Of a DNA stretch of 64,000 bases, positions 9,681 through 18,857 are shown one piece after another. The stretch's first letter is position 1. Each line of letters starts with the position of its first letter. The position numbers were made by a program, and so were the translations under genes. Under the pieces are notes generated by a model. The model searched no databases, was not told where the DNA came from, and saw nothing but the letters and a program-made list of their open reading frames with translations. This DNA is from Nitrospirota bacterium (lineage in GTDB: Bacteria > Nitrospirota > UBA9217), in contig CAWJQQ010000006.1 of NCBI GenBank assembly GCA_963845065.1, positions 160,001 to 224,000 of the forward strand. The letters are read 5' to 3'.

Positions 9681-10388
9681 CTACATAGTAGGCCGTAGCG
9701 TCATCCCTATACAAAGATTGAGCGCCTCAATCGGGGCGGGAAGCGGGAAATACGACCGGTGTATGATGCGGAAATACGGCGCCAATTCCTCGAATATTTC
9801 TCGGGGTCTGTTGAGGTGCTCACGATCGATGAGCCACCTATACGATTGCTTGTAGCGTCGCTCGAAAATTCTCTGTGCAGAAATACGTCTTGCCAGGGAA
9901 TAAGCAAGGCCGCCTTCGCACGGTATCACAGCTGAGAAGACACCCCTCTTCTTGTCTAGCAACCGGTGAATTTCACGGAATGCTGCAGGGAGGTCGGGCA
10001 GATGCTCCAGGACATGAATCGCTAATATCCGGTCGAAATAACCATCGGGGAAATCCGTCTTTTTCTGGCAGTCTCCAACGTAGGATGCAATGTCCGGATA
10101 CCGCTCCTTTATCATCAATGCCATATTTTCCCTGAGTTCAAGCGTCACATAATGCCTCCGCTGCTCCACCGTCAAATGTTCATACTGAAGATGTTCTCCG
10201 AGGCCAGCGCCGATTTCGAGGGTTCGTGAGAAGTCTCGCGGCGCGAACTTTACGACATATCTTTGGTTGAACTTCTCAATAATCCCAAACCTTCTCGGCA
10301 GCACCTCATGCCAATGCTTCATAAAGTCATCGCTGATGCGCTGCTGCTCCGGCGTTAACTCCGGAACGTTCTTAGGCCACGTCGTCAT
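9681..10388 (-). CDS. Class I SAM-dependent methyltransferase
   Basis: LEIGAGLG motif I; FPDGYFDRILAIHVLEHL. Confidence 0.85.
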   Translation of the reverse strand: MTTWPKNVPELTPEQQRISDDFMKHWHEVLPRRFGIIEKFNQRYVVKFAPRDFSRTLEIGAGLGEHLQYEHLTVEQRRHYVTLELRENMALMIKERYPDIASYVGDCQKKTDFPDGYFDRILAIHVLEHLPDLPAAFREIHRLLDKKRGVFSAVIPCEGGLAYSLARRISAQRIFERRYKQSYRWLIDREHLNRPREIFEELAPYFRIIHRSYFPLPAPIEALNLCIGMTLRPTM

Positions 10389-11329
10389 AGATTAACAGTT
10401 CGATCGATAATGTACTTGGGGCGTCGTTTAACTTCCTCATAAATCCGGCCGATATACTCGCCCATCAGGCCCATGCATAAAAGTTGCACTCCGGCAAAGA
10501 ACGTGACGACCAGCACTGTCGTGGACAATCCCGGCGTAAGATCGACACCGATCAGTTTTTGGAAGACGTACCATGCTCCCAAGAGAAAGCTAAATGCAGC
10601 AAAAAAGAATCCCATAATCGACATCATCTGCAAAGGTTTACTGCTGAAACCGATAAGGCCATTCAACCCGATTCGCAGCGAACCTACAAAGCGGTTATAT
10701 TTACCTTCTCCTCCGAGCCGTTCATCACGGTCATACTCGATAAACGCCTGCTTGAAGCCGATGTAGGCTACCAACCCGCGCAGGAATCCATGAGACTCAG
10801 ACAGGTTCCGCAACTCTTCAACCACCCTGCGCGTCATGATTCGAAAATCCCCGGTATCCCTAGGGATCTGTATATCGCTCAATCTGGCAATAATCTTGTA
10901 CCCTATCGATGAAATTATCCGTTTCAACAGCGTCTCGCCTTTGCGCGACGTGCGTTTTGCGTAGACGACCTCATATCCATCCTGCAGTCGGGCATACAGA
11001 GCTGCGATCAGTTCGGGCGGATCCTGCAGATCCACATCGATTACCGTGCACGAGGCACCTTTGGAGAGTAATATCCCCGCCATCGAGGCTGCTGGTTGTC
11101 CGAACCGCCTGGAAAATACGACGAGCTTGATCATGGGGTTTCGGTCTATCTCTCGCATAATGACTTCTTCGGTCCTGTCAGAGGAAGGGTCAAGGCAGAA
11201 AATAATCTCATAAGTCTCCCCTATGCTTATAAGGACGCGTTCCATGCGTTCGAGAAACGGTTTGATATTGGCTTCTTCATTGTAAACCGGCACGACGATC
11301 GAGAGTCCGAGTGTTTCTGAAGGAGTCAC
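10385..11329 (-). CDS. GT2 polyprenyl-phosphate glycosyltransferase (GtrB/ArnC-like)
   Basis: VVPVYNEE, SRRFGQPAA, IDVDLQDPP, TGDFRIM, two C-terminal TM helices, GEYIGRIYEEVKRRP. Confidence 0.9.
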   Translation of the reverse strand: MTPSETLGLSIVVPVYNEEANIKPFLERMERVLISIGETYEIIFCLDPSSDRTEEVIMREIDRNPMIKLVVFSRRFGQPAASMAGILLSKGASCTVIDVDLQDPPELIAALYARLQDGYEVVYAKRTSRKGETLLKRIISSIGYKIIARLSDIQIPRDTGDFRIMTRRVVEELRNLSESHGFLRGLVAYIGFKQAFIEYDRDERLGGEGKYNRFVGSLRIGLNGLIGFSSKPLQMMSIMGFFFAAFSFLLGAWYVFQKLIGVDLTPGLSTTVLVVTFFAGVQLLCMGLMGEYIGRIYEEVKRRPKYIIDRTVNL

Positions 11330-11343
11330 GGATAGGTCCCCTT

Positions 11344-12816
11344 TTATCTCACTGACTTCGTTTTATTAGCCGATGCTGTCTGTCTCAACATAATCTGGAT
11401 TAATCCCAAAAGTCCCGCGAAATAATATCTTACATGATGCCAGCTTCTCATCCTCAATAAATACGCCATTATTATTCTCGGACGGAAATAAAACCTTCGA
11501 AATGCCGTTTTGGAAAAATGTTCCAACTCTTCGATCGTTAAGCCGTTGGCTACAAACATCGGGAACCAGCCATGAAGTTTTTTCCAGTTGTTGTCAAACG
11601 TACCGTATTGACTTGCGACGTCATACAATTCCGAACCAGGGAAAGGGGTCATGTAGGAAAAGTGCGCATCATCCAATGGTAATTTTAAGGCGAAATCGAT
11701 GGTTTGTCTGATGGTTTCGGCCGTTTCCGTAGGACTACCAATGATAAAAAAGCCACAGGGATTGATACCCATTTCCTTGGTCATGACGACCGCCTTCGTA
11801 ATTTGCTCGATGGTGGTCTTCTTTTTAATTATGTTCAAGATTTTCTGACTGCCGCTCTCGATTCCGTACCATATCTGCCAGCAACCTGACTTCTTCATTA
11901 AAGCCAGTATTTCCGGGTTGACCATATCAACTCTGCCGGCACATGTCCATACGAGATCTATCTTTTCGGCGATTATCAGTTGGCACAACTCCCTTAATCT
12001 ATTCGGGAAGGCCAGGTAATTGTCATCCCTGATCTGCACCTCTCGAATTCCATATTTATAATAGAGTTCCTTTATATACTCGAAAGTTACGTCAGCGCTG
12101 TACGCCCGCAAGCAATTCCCGAAAACGCTTCGATCACAGAATATGCATTGTCCCGGGCACCCCCGTGAAGCGACCAACAGAGCTGCTGGAATTTTTTTTA
12201 CCGTATGCAGGGGAGGCCGGTAATACATAGCGAAATCCGGCAACAGGTGCCACGCCGGTTTGGGCAGCGTGTCCAGGTGCCTAATCGGTGGCCGCCGCCC
12301 GGTATCTACAAGTTTTCCATTTTCCCGGAACACAATCCCGACTATCTTGTGCAGATCTCCATTTGTTTCCAGACAGTTTAATAATTCAACGATTGAGTAA
12401 TCTGCCTCGCCAATGACGCCAATATCAAAATTTTTGCACCTGGTCATCGACTCTAGCGGAACTGCCGTAAAGTGAGCTCCTCCCACAATAACTATAATTT
12501 CCTTGTCTGCCTTTTTAATATCCGCAGCCAATAATGACATTGCGTCGAAAGCGATAGTTGACCCCGTGATGCCGACGTATTTGTATTTTCCCTTGACAAT
12601 TAGCTTGATTAATTCATCATCGCTTAAACCGAGCACTGTAGCGTCAATAATTTCAGTTCGGTACCCGCTTTCGAGAGTCATGGCCGCCAGATGGGTCAAA
12701 CCCAGGGGCGGAGTTAGACCGCCAACCATCACCTTTATGCCATAACGATCTTCAGCGGTCAGCAACGGATTAATAAATATGATTCCGTCTTTTCTCAGAT
12801 TATCTTCCTCATGCAT
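11344..12816 (-). CDS. Cobalamin-binding radical SAM enzyme (class B methyltransferase-like)
   Basis: N-terminal PPLGLTHLAA and GGAH B12-binding region; SRGCPGQCIFC CxxxCxxC; GIESGS; TPFPGS. Confidence 0.9.
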   Translation of the reverse strand: MHEEDNLRKDGIIFINPLLTAEDRYGIKVMVGGLTPPLGLTHLAAMTLESGYRTEIIDATVLGLSDDELIKLIVKGKYKYVGITGSTIAFDAMSLLAADIKKADKEIIVIVGGAHFTAVPLESMTRCKNFDIGVIGEADYSIVELLNCLETNGDLHKIVGIVFRENGKLVDTGRRPPIRHLDTLPKPAWHLLPDFAMYYRPPLHTVKKIPAALLVASRGCPGQCIFCDRSVFGNCLRAYSADVTFEYIKELYYKYGIREVQIRDDNYLAFPNRLRELCQLIIAEKIDLVWTCAGRVDMVNPEILALMKKSGCWQIWYGIESGSQKILNIIKKKTTIEQITKAVVMTKEMGINPCGFFIIGSPTETAETIRQTIDFALKLPLDDAHFSYMTPFPGSELYDVASQYGTFDNNWKKLHGWFPMFVANGLTIEELEHFSKTAFRRFYFRPRIIMAYLLRMRSWHHVRYYFAGLLGLIQIMLRQTASANKTKSVR

Positions 12817-12985
12817 TCACGATCTCGAGATGACGTCATCATCAACATCTATTGCTCGTCGGATAACAGAAATTAACCGCCAGATCGGCGGCTCAAGTTA
12901 CTTTGTTCGTTATTATAATCGCCTTGACTTCATTAATCAACAAGCCTTTTAAGCAACATGAAGGTTATCTGGCGGGTAGTTCTCA

Positions 12986-14788
12986 TTAAACCGGCTTATG
13001 CAATTTAACAATAGATAAAATCTTAAAATGATCGACAAAGATCGAATAATAATCCAGATCAGAAGAAATCTGATCCGGACGCATTCGATAGCCGGTTATA
13101 TAATAATCGGCATCGGGTAATTCTGCCATTTGAAATCGTTTCGCATCATCCGGCCTCATTGAAAAAAGGTTAATAAGAACCAGATGGGGATTATCCGCTT
13201 TAATTTTTACAATCTTTCTCTTATCGGTCTTGGCTATATATTCCAGCCCTTCACGATAAGACAAGCCCCAGTAATCGCGTTCAAAATACTCAGCAGCGTG
13301 TTTATCGGCAATCAGGTTAAAGTAAACATTCTCGTGAGGGTGAAACTTGATCATCCACAAAAAGGTGTAGGTCATATTCAGAACCATACAAGCTACAATC
13401 GTAAAATAGGCAATCTGATAGTGTGATCGATGAGATATTTTCCTTATAAGACGAAAGGAATTTGTCAGGCCGATCATAGCAATCAATAAAAATGAAGAAT
13501 AGATAAAATACATTTGTCGCCAGCCGTCATATAAGACAGATCGAAAAACTATCACGGCCAGGATCGGGCCAAAAAAAAGCAAAAAGAACGCCAGATCCTG
13601 CCTCTCATTTTCATTACTGTAAAGGCGCCATCCGTTTATGAAAATTATCCGAATGATTGTAAGAACCCCAACAAAAAAACAAAGTGAATACATTATTGGA
13701 GTGGTTATGGCAAACCACACGGGAATGTAGTGCCAGGGTACCACTGATGCTGTGATGATTTTGCCCATATACAGCATGCCAAAGTTGCCTGCTGACATAT
13801 ATCTGCTCATATGGAAAAAAGCCTGGACGAAATTGTGAAAAGGGTCTTGCCATAAGTAGGGCCAAAACATTACGGTGAGGACCACCAGAGAAATTGTATA
13901 GGCTAATAATGCCAAAACGTCACTTTTTATTGATTCCGCTTTTAGTTTTGCCTTTATCAAATCTACAATAATAAATACAAGACCTAGACAGGGAATAATG
14001 ATCCCGACAATTCGAATATCAATAGTTAGGGCAGATGCCAAAGCGAATAAAAATGCGTTTGGAAGCGACTTTTTGTTCAGAAAACGAATTAAGAAATAGA
14101 TGGCTATGGTAAATGATGACAAAAAGACGAGATCCTTTAAATTATAAAAGGATTCTGCAAAAATGCGCGGGCTCAATATAAAGAAAAGACAACCTAATAA
14201 GCCGGTTTTCCAGCTAGCAAATCTATTTTTAACTGTAAGAAAGAAAAAAAACGAACTGACATAAAACAGTAGGAATGTGAATAAATGCCGCAGAGCATAC
14301 AGTTCGGGACCATTTTCTCTATGGCCTGAAATAATCTCAATGGCGAACAGGAAAAGATCAAATACAACTCCGTATTCCTTGGCTATATAATCATGCAATG
14401 GAGGGTAGTTGCCGAATTGTGAAAAGCTGCCGGGAGATATCAAATCCGCGATATACTTTACTGATACAAAAGCATTGATACGATGATAGGGCTCGTCCCA
14501 CGAGATGCCATAGTCTTTGTACACGGAGAGTCCAACAATTAGAAAAATCAAAAAAAACGTAAATATAATAGCGTATGACCGGAATTCGATGAAGGACTGT
14601 AAAATATTTTTTTTATTAATCGTCGTCTGCATACTATCTAAAAACTCCATCTTTTTACAATGGCCGGAATGCTGAGAAACCGTCCTTTCAGCTGACTTAC
14701 TTGCCTTCTTTATTTGTGCAACCGCAATAAGAGATCCCAGCTTCATAAATCCTGCATTCCAATCTCGGTATCTTGGCCGTGACTTCAA
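12986..14788 (-). CDS. Multi-TM GT-C glycosyltransferase (ArnT/PMT family 39-like); start uncertain, probably ~14630-14650
   Basis: TM1 followed by 'YGISWDE' (DE motif), about 11-12 TM segments, PWHY, LYDGWR, DYWG. Confidence 0.8.
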   Translation of the reverse strand: MKSRPRYRDWNAGFMKLGSLIAVAQIKKASKSAERTVSQHSGHCKKMEFLDSMQTTINKKNILQSFIEFRSYAIIFTFFLIFLIVGLSVYKDYGISWDEPYHRINAFVSVKYIADLISPGSFSQFGNYPPLHDYIAKEYGVVFDLFLFAIEIISGHRENGPELYALRHLFTFLLFYVSSFFFFLTVKNRFASWKTGLLGCLFFILSPRIFAESFYNLKDLVFLSSFTIAIYFLIRFLNKKSLPNAFLFALASALTIDIRIVGIIIPCLGLVFIIVDLIKAKLKAESIKSDVLALLAYTISLVVLTVMFWPYLWQDPFHNFVQAFFHMSRYMSAGNFGMLYMGKIITASVVPWHYIPVWFAITTPIMYSLCFFVGVLTIIRIIFINGWRLYSNENERQDLAFFLLFFGPILAVIVFRSVLYDGWRQMYFIYSSFLLIAMIGLTNSFRLIRKISHRSHYQIAYFTIVACMVLNMTYTFLWMIKFHPHENVYFNLIADKHAAEYFERDYWGLSYREGLEYIAKTDKRKIVKIKADNPHLVLINLFSMRPDDAKRFQMAELPDADYYITGYRMRPDQISSDLDYYSIFVDHFKILSIVKLHKPV

Positions 14789-14880
14789 AGTCCTCGAATA
14801 CTCATTTAGATTCCAACGTCTTATCTCGCCCTCATGCCAACGATGGATTAGGGGTGGAGGACTTCAATATCCATAATAAT

Positions 14881-17352
14881 TTATTGAACTGCATTGTTCG
14901 AGCAGCGACTGGATATTTTATCGGATAATCCATCGAACTCTGCCGCCCCCTTACGATGAAGCATCAGGTATCTTATGCCGAACGCAATCAGCATCAAAAG
15001 AGTTATGCCCGATATCCATGCTCCAACATAAAAGCTGAGCGGCTCATAGCGAAATTCCACATGATGATCGCCCAGTGGCAGTGGAACAGCGCGAAAGTTA
15101 TAGTTTGCTCGATAGATTTTCGTCTTAATCCCATCTACATAGGCGTTCCAGCCGGGGAAGTAGGTGTCAGCAAGATATAAAAAGGAAGGAGTTGTAACAT
15201 TAGCAAGCAGCTCGATACGATTATTACTCTCATTTTCTATCTTTATATCTTCCGGGCCTTCAGTTATACTAGGTCGAATTCGTGGGTCCCATATAGGTCG
15301 TTCTTCAAGAACGACGGCGCGTTGCGGATCAAAAGTATTTCTACTGACGAGCTCAAGCTCTGAAGCCGGGTTAGCCTCAACTTGATACCGTTTCACGATC
15401 AACCAGCGAGGAAGCACCCGTTTGTTACGATAAATTTTTATGGTATTCTCCTTTAAGAGACGTTCCCGATCCCCCTTAAGCCCTTCAATGTCGGCACCGA
15501 CAAGATCAAAATTTGGTGAAGAAATAATCCTTGTTGAGATGACATATTTTGTGGAGAACAGGTCGACTATTCTCGAACCATCAATCGATTTTGTTAAAGC
15601 TAATTTATTATATAGATTATCGGTACGATTAACCCGCATTACCTCCCCTCCCCACATATCCCGTATGCCGTAGTTCAGATTTGTAGACGGAGTGAGAACC
15701 CTTTGCCATTCCGCGAAAAGTTTTAAATTCGGCGCAACCCAGGATTCAGTGGAAGATGTTGTTAAAGGTGTCGTGAATGTACGAAATTCCCCGAGTCCAG
15801 CTTTTACTTGTTGCGTCGTCCAGTTGTCAGCCCAATATGTCCTAGCATCTGCAATACCGTAATATCCGAGATTGCCGAAAAGATCGAGGATAAGGATGAG
15901 ACACAACATGGCGACAGCGAATCGTGAACCACGGCTTTTGATTACAAACCATAAAACCGTACACGCGAGCACAAAATAAAATAGCATCCTTTTAAAATTA
16001 TAAAGATTCACTGTTGCTAAATTATAGGTAGGCGAATCAATTCCTGCTGTCTTCATGAAGGTAAGCACCCCCTCGTTATGTCCGATAAGCCAGAGCAGAA
16101 ACAGGGATGCGAACGTTGCAATGATAAGTACCAGCCATTGGAAACGCTTACCCTCGCCGCGACGTGCGATATCGAGCAGGCGCTGAAGGCCAATACCAGC
16201 CATGACTGACAAGGCAAACACGGCAAGGAAGAGGAACTTTACCGGGTACCTTATCTTATTCACGCCAGGTGCCCATACATAGAGATAGGGATAAAGCGGG
16301 TTGAATCTACCGAGTGCAAGAAATACAGATAATGCGCTCAGAACGATCCAGAAATACTTTCCCCTTTTTTCTTTAATAAGATATATGATTGCGAGCAGAA
16401 ATGGCAGACTTCCCACGTACAATGTTTTTAACCAACTCTGCCTTATCCAGTACTTGCTGATATCACCAACAGAACCATACAGGTCCGGAACTAAAAATGA
16501 GATAAAATCTACAGGTGATGCGCTCCATGTAATCGCCTCTTGATATGGCAGACCATTCCAGCGATTAGAATGGATTGCAAGTTCCAGAAAGGGAAATAAC
16601 TGGATCGAAGATAGCCCCAGAAAAACGCCAGCCGTAATAAGTAAAGCCAGGATAGCAAATTTCCTTTTCCCTCCAAATGTTGGCGAAAAAACAGCCATCA
16701 GCCCTAGCACACCGCATGTTCCCAGTACAATTTCTATGCCGCCGCCGAGGAACGATACAGTCAACAATACACCAGACCAAGCAGCGTTATAGCCTGAGTT
16801 GTGTCGAAGTGCTTTAGCAAAAAAAAGCAGAATAAGCGGCAACCACACGAGGGAAAGCATCGAGGAGAGCAAGCTGTGCACCGAAAGCAGATATCCACCA
16901 AGCAGAAAGATTGAGGCTCCGAGAAAGGAGGCCATTCGTCCAGAACCAAGAAACTTAAGAAAAATATAGGTAAACGCCCCGGCGAGGAAAAAGTGAACGA
17001 TGATAATGCTGTTAAAGGCTACATTAAATGGAAGAATGAAGAAAAGGAGATTGGGCGGATAAAGAACGGCGGGTTGAAGCGTGGCAAAAAATGGGTGTCC
17101 ACCGAAGTTGAGGGGGTTCCATAACGGGAACTCACCGGCCTTCAGGCTTTGCACCCAGAAATATCTAGGTGGTATAAAAAAGGTAGACAGGTCTCTCTCA
17201 GAGAATAGACCGCCTCCCTTAACCATATCGAGAAAAGAAAAGAGCGTAACAAAAGAGAGGGCGAAGAATGGCAATATAGCTCTCACCCTCTCTTTTGAAA
17301 GAGTCACAAATCTATTTATTTTCAACACGCCTGCGTACAAACAACTTACCAA
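14881..17352 (-). CDS. YfhO-family membrane glycosyltransferase (GT-C)
   Basis: GEFPLWNPLNFGGHPF, YPPN, RYPVKF and the C-terminal YfhO tail 'LADTYFPGWNAYVDG...ANYNFRAVPLPLGDHHVEFRYEP' plus a TM helix. Confidence 0.88.
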   Translation of the reverse strand: MVSCLYAGVLKINRFVTLSKERVRAILPFFALSFVTLFSFLDMVKGGGLFSERDLSTFFIPPRYFWVQSLKAGEFPLWNPLNFGGHPFFATLQPAVLYPPNLLFFILPFNVAFNSIIIVHFFLAGAFTYIFLKFLGSGRMASFLGASIFLLGGYLLSVHSLLSSMLSLVWLPLILLFFAKALRHNSGYNAAWSGVLLTVSFLGGGIEIVLGTCGVLGLMAVFSPTFGGKRKFAILALLITAGVFLGLSSIQLFPFLELAIHSNRWNGLPYQEAITWSASPVDFISFLVPDLYGSVGDISKYWIRQSWLKTLYVGSLPFLLAIIYLIKEKRGKYFWIVLSALSVFLALGRFNPLYPYLYVWAPGVNKIRYPVKFLFLAVFALSVMAGIGLQRLLDIARRGEGKRFQWLVLIIATFASLFLLWLIGHNEGVLTFMKTAGIDSPTYNLATVNLYNFKRMLFYFVLACTVLWFVIKSRGSRFAVAMLCLILILDLFGNLGYYGIADARTYWADNWTTQQVKAGLGEFRTFTTPLTTSSTESWVAPNLKLFAEWQRVLTPSTNLNYGIRDMWGGEVMRVNRTDNLYNKLALTKSIDGSRIVDLFSTKYVISTRIISSPNFDLVGADIEGLKGDRERLLKENTIKIYRNKRVLPRWLIVKRYQVEANPASELELVSRNTFDPQRAVVLEERPIWDPRIRPSITEGPEDIKIENESNNRIELLANVTTPSFLYLADTYFPGWNAYVDGIKTKIYRANYNFRAVPLPLGDHHVEFRYEPLSFYVGAWISGITLLMLIAFGIRYLMLHRKGAAEFDGLSDKISSRCSNNAVQ

Positions 17353-17373
17353 TCAGAGTAATATTTATGCGAG

Positions 17374-18217
17374 ATTACCAGCCTGCCGGCCCAGTAATCA
17401 CCCCCACCTGCGTCGGTGGAAGGTCAGGTGTCGAATAAGTAAATGTATAAGTAGTATTTGCGCCTGTTAGGACTAGTCCCGAGGCATTAGTCACAAAGGT
17501 GATTCCCTGCAAGTTTACCGCTGGTAAGAGAGACGTAAAACCAATCGTTCCAACCGTACCACCTAGCGCAGCTTGCGAATAAAGCATGGCATTCGCCGAC
17601 CTTAGCGCCCCTAAAACACCTTTAGCAGATCCGTCCGATGCCTGCTGAGATAAGCTAATGTACTGGGGTATGGCAACTGCAGCAAGGATGCCAATGATGA
17701 CGATAACCATGACTAGCTCGATCAATGTAAAACCCTTTTGTCTCTTGAATTTCCTTACCATGTTGTATTCCTCCTTTAGTAAAACATCTAATTTGAGTAT
17801 TGATAATCTCTCATAATAATATTTCCTTATCACGTTATAGCCGTGCAGGCGCAATTACCAGCCTGCAGGCCCAGTAATCACTCCCACCTGCGTCGGCGGA
17901 AGGTCAGGTGTCGAATAAGTAAATGTATAGGAAGTATTTGCGCCTGTTAAGATTAGTCCTGAGGCATTAGTCACATAGGTGATTCCCTGCAAGTTTACCG
18001 CTGGTAAGAGAGACGTAAAACCAATCGTTCCAACCGTACCGCCTAGCGCAGCTTGCGAAAAAAGCATGGCATTCGCCGACCTTAGCGCCCCTAAAACACC
18101 TTTAGCAGATCCGTTCGATGCCTGCTGAGATAAGTTAATGTACTGGGGTATGGCAACTGCAGCAAGGATGCCAATGATGACGATAACCATGACTAGCTCG
18201 ATCAATGTAAAACCCTT
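17374..18217. repeat. Direct repeat of 364 bp (17374-17737 and 17854-18217), offset 480 bp
   Basis: Manual alignment: 13 substitutions, no indels; covers essentially the mature pilin coding region plus the KG cleavage site. Confidence 0.95.
17375..17761 (-). CDS. Type IV major pilin, copy A (MshA-like position)
   Basis: GGAGG RBS then ATG 17761: MVRKFKRQKG|FTLIELVMVIVIIGILAAVAIPQY; no Cys. Confidence 0.92.
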   Translation of the reverse strand: MVRKFKRQKGFTLIELVMVIVIIGILAAVAIPQYISLSQQASDGSAKGVLGALRSANAMLYSQAALGGTVGTIGFTSLLPAVNLQGITFVTNASGLVLTGANTTYTFTYSTPDLPPTQVGVITGPAGW

Positions 18218-18235
18218 CGATGCTTTCATTATCAT
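17855..18235 (-). CDS. Type IV major pilin, copy B (MshB-like position)
   Basis: GGAGG RBS; MIMKASKG|FTLIELVMVIVIIGILAAVAIPQY; mature part differs from copy A at 6 aa. Confidence 0.92.
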   Translation of the reverse strand: MIMKASKGFTLIELVMVIVIIGILAAVAIPQYINLSQQASNGSAKGVLGALRSANAMLFSQAALGGTVGTIGFTSLLPAVNLQGITYVTNASGLILTGANTSYTFTYSTPDLPPTQVGVITGPAGW

Positions 18236-18278
18236 AAAGTCCCTCCATAAGAAAATATGAAGCGAACAAAGTGATTCG

Positions 18279-18713
18279 TCACCACGCTTCGTATCCTTTT
18301 GTACTTGATTTTACCTCACCTTGGATAGCATCGTACGTATAGTGATTGCCGAACGGATCGAGAAGATATCCTTGAGAATCTATCGCCTCCATCTCCAGAT
18401 ATTTCTGATTGAAAAAGACCGGCCCCGAATAGGGGCCTTTTCCGATTCTTGCTGGCAACATCACGTTTTGTTCTATAAGTTCATTCAAGCTTCGCGGGTT
18501 GCGTCCATTCAGCATTTTGAATAATTTTATGCTCGTTCGGATGTTCGTTAATCCTGCCTTAAGCGCTGTTTCCTGAGCCACATGGGCGACTCTCTTGTAT
18601 TTCGGAATTACCACGCCGATCAGTATGCCGATAAGACACAGACTGACCACGGCCTCGATGGTTGTTAATCCCTTCAGTCTTTCGTTCTCACCTGGAGCGT
18701 TAAAATTGAACAT
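18279..18713 (-). CDS. Pilin/pseudopilin-like protein (MshF position)
   Basis: LKG|LTTIEAVVSLCLIGILIGVVIPKY; GspG-like 'NGRNPRSLNEL' and 'DPFGNHYTY'. Confidence 0.75.
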   Translation of the reverse strand: MFNFNAPGENERLKGLTTIEAVVSLCLIGILIGVVIPKYKRVAHVAQETALKAGLTNIRTSIKLFKMLNGRNPRSLNELIEQNVMLPARIGKGPYSGPVFFNQKYLEMEAIDSQGYLLDPFGNHYTYDAIQGEVKSSTKGYEAW

Positions 18714-18857
18714 CTTAAAATTTGTGGCAAAAATATATCATTTCAGGAATATAATGTCAACCAATAATTGTGTCACAACAAGTTTATTTGTTAAATCAAC
18801 CTGCCGCCTCATTCTTCCGATGCTTGCAGCTTGCAGATGTTGCGATCGCCGTACAGC

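Noticed and set aside
12877..12976. Inverted repeat CCGCCAGAT...ATCTGGCGG between the GT-C and radical SAM genes
   Set aside because: Only 9 bp with a long spacer; too weak to call a MITE or an RNA structure.
17762..17854. 31-aa N-terminal extension of pilin A in the ORF track
   Set aside because: A strong GGAGG RBS precedes ATG 17761 and gives a normal short basic leader.
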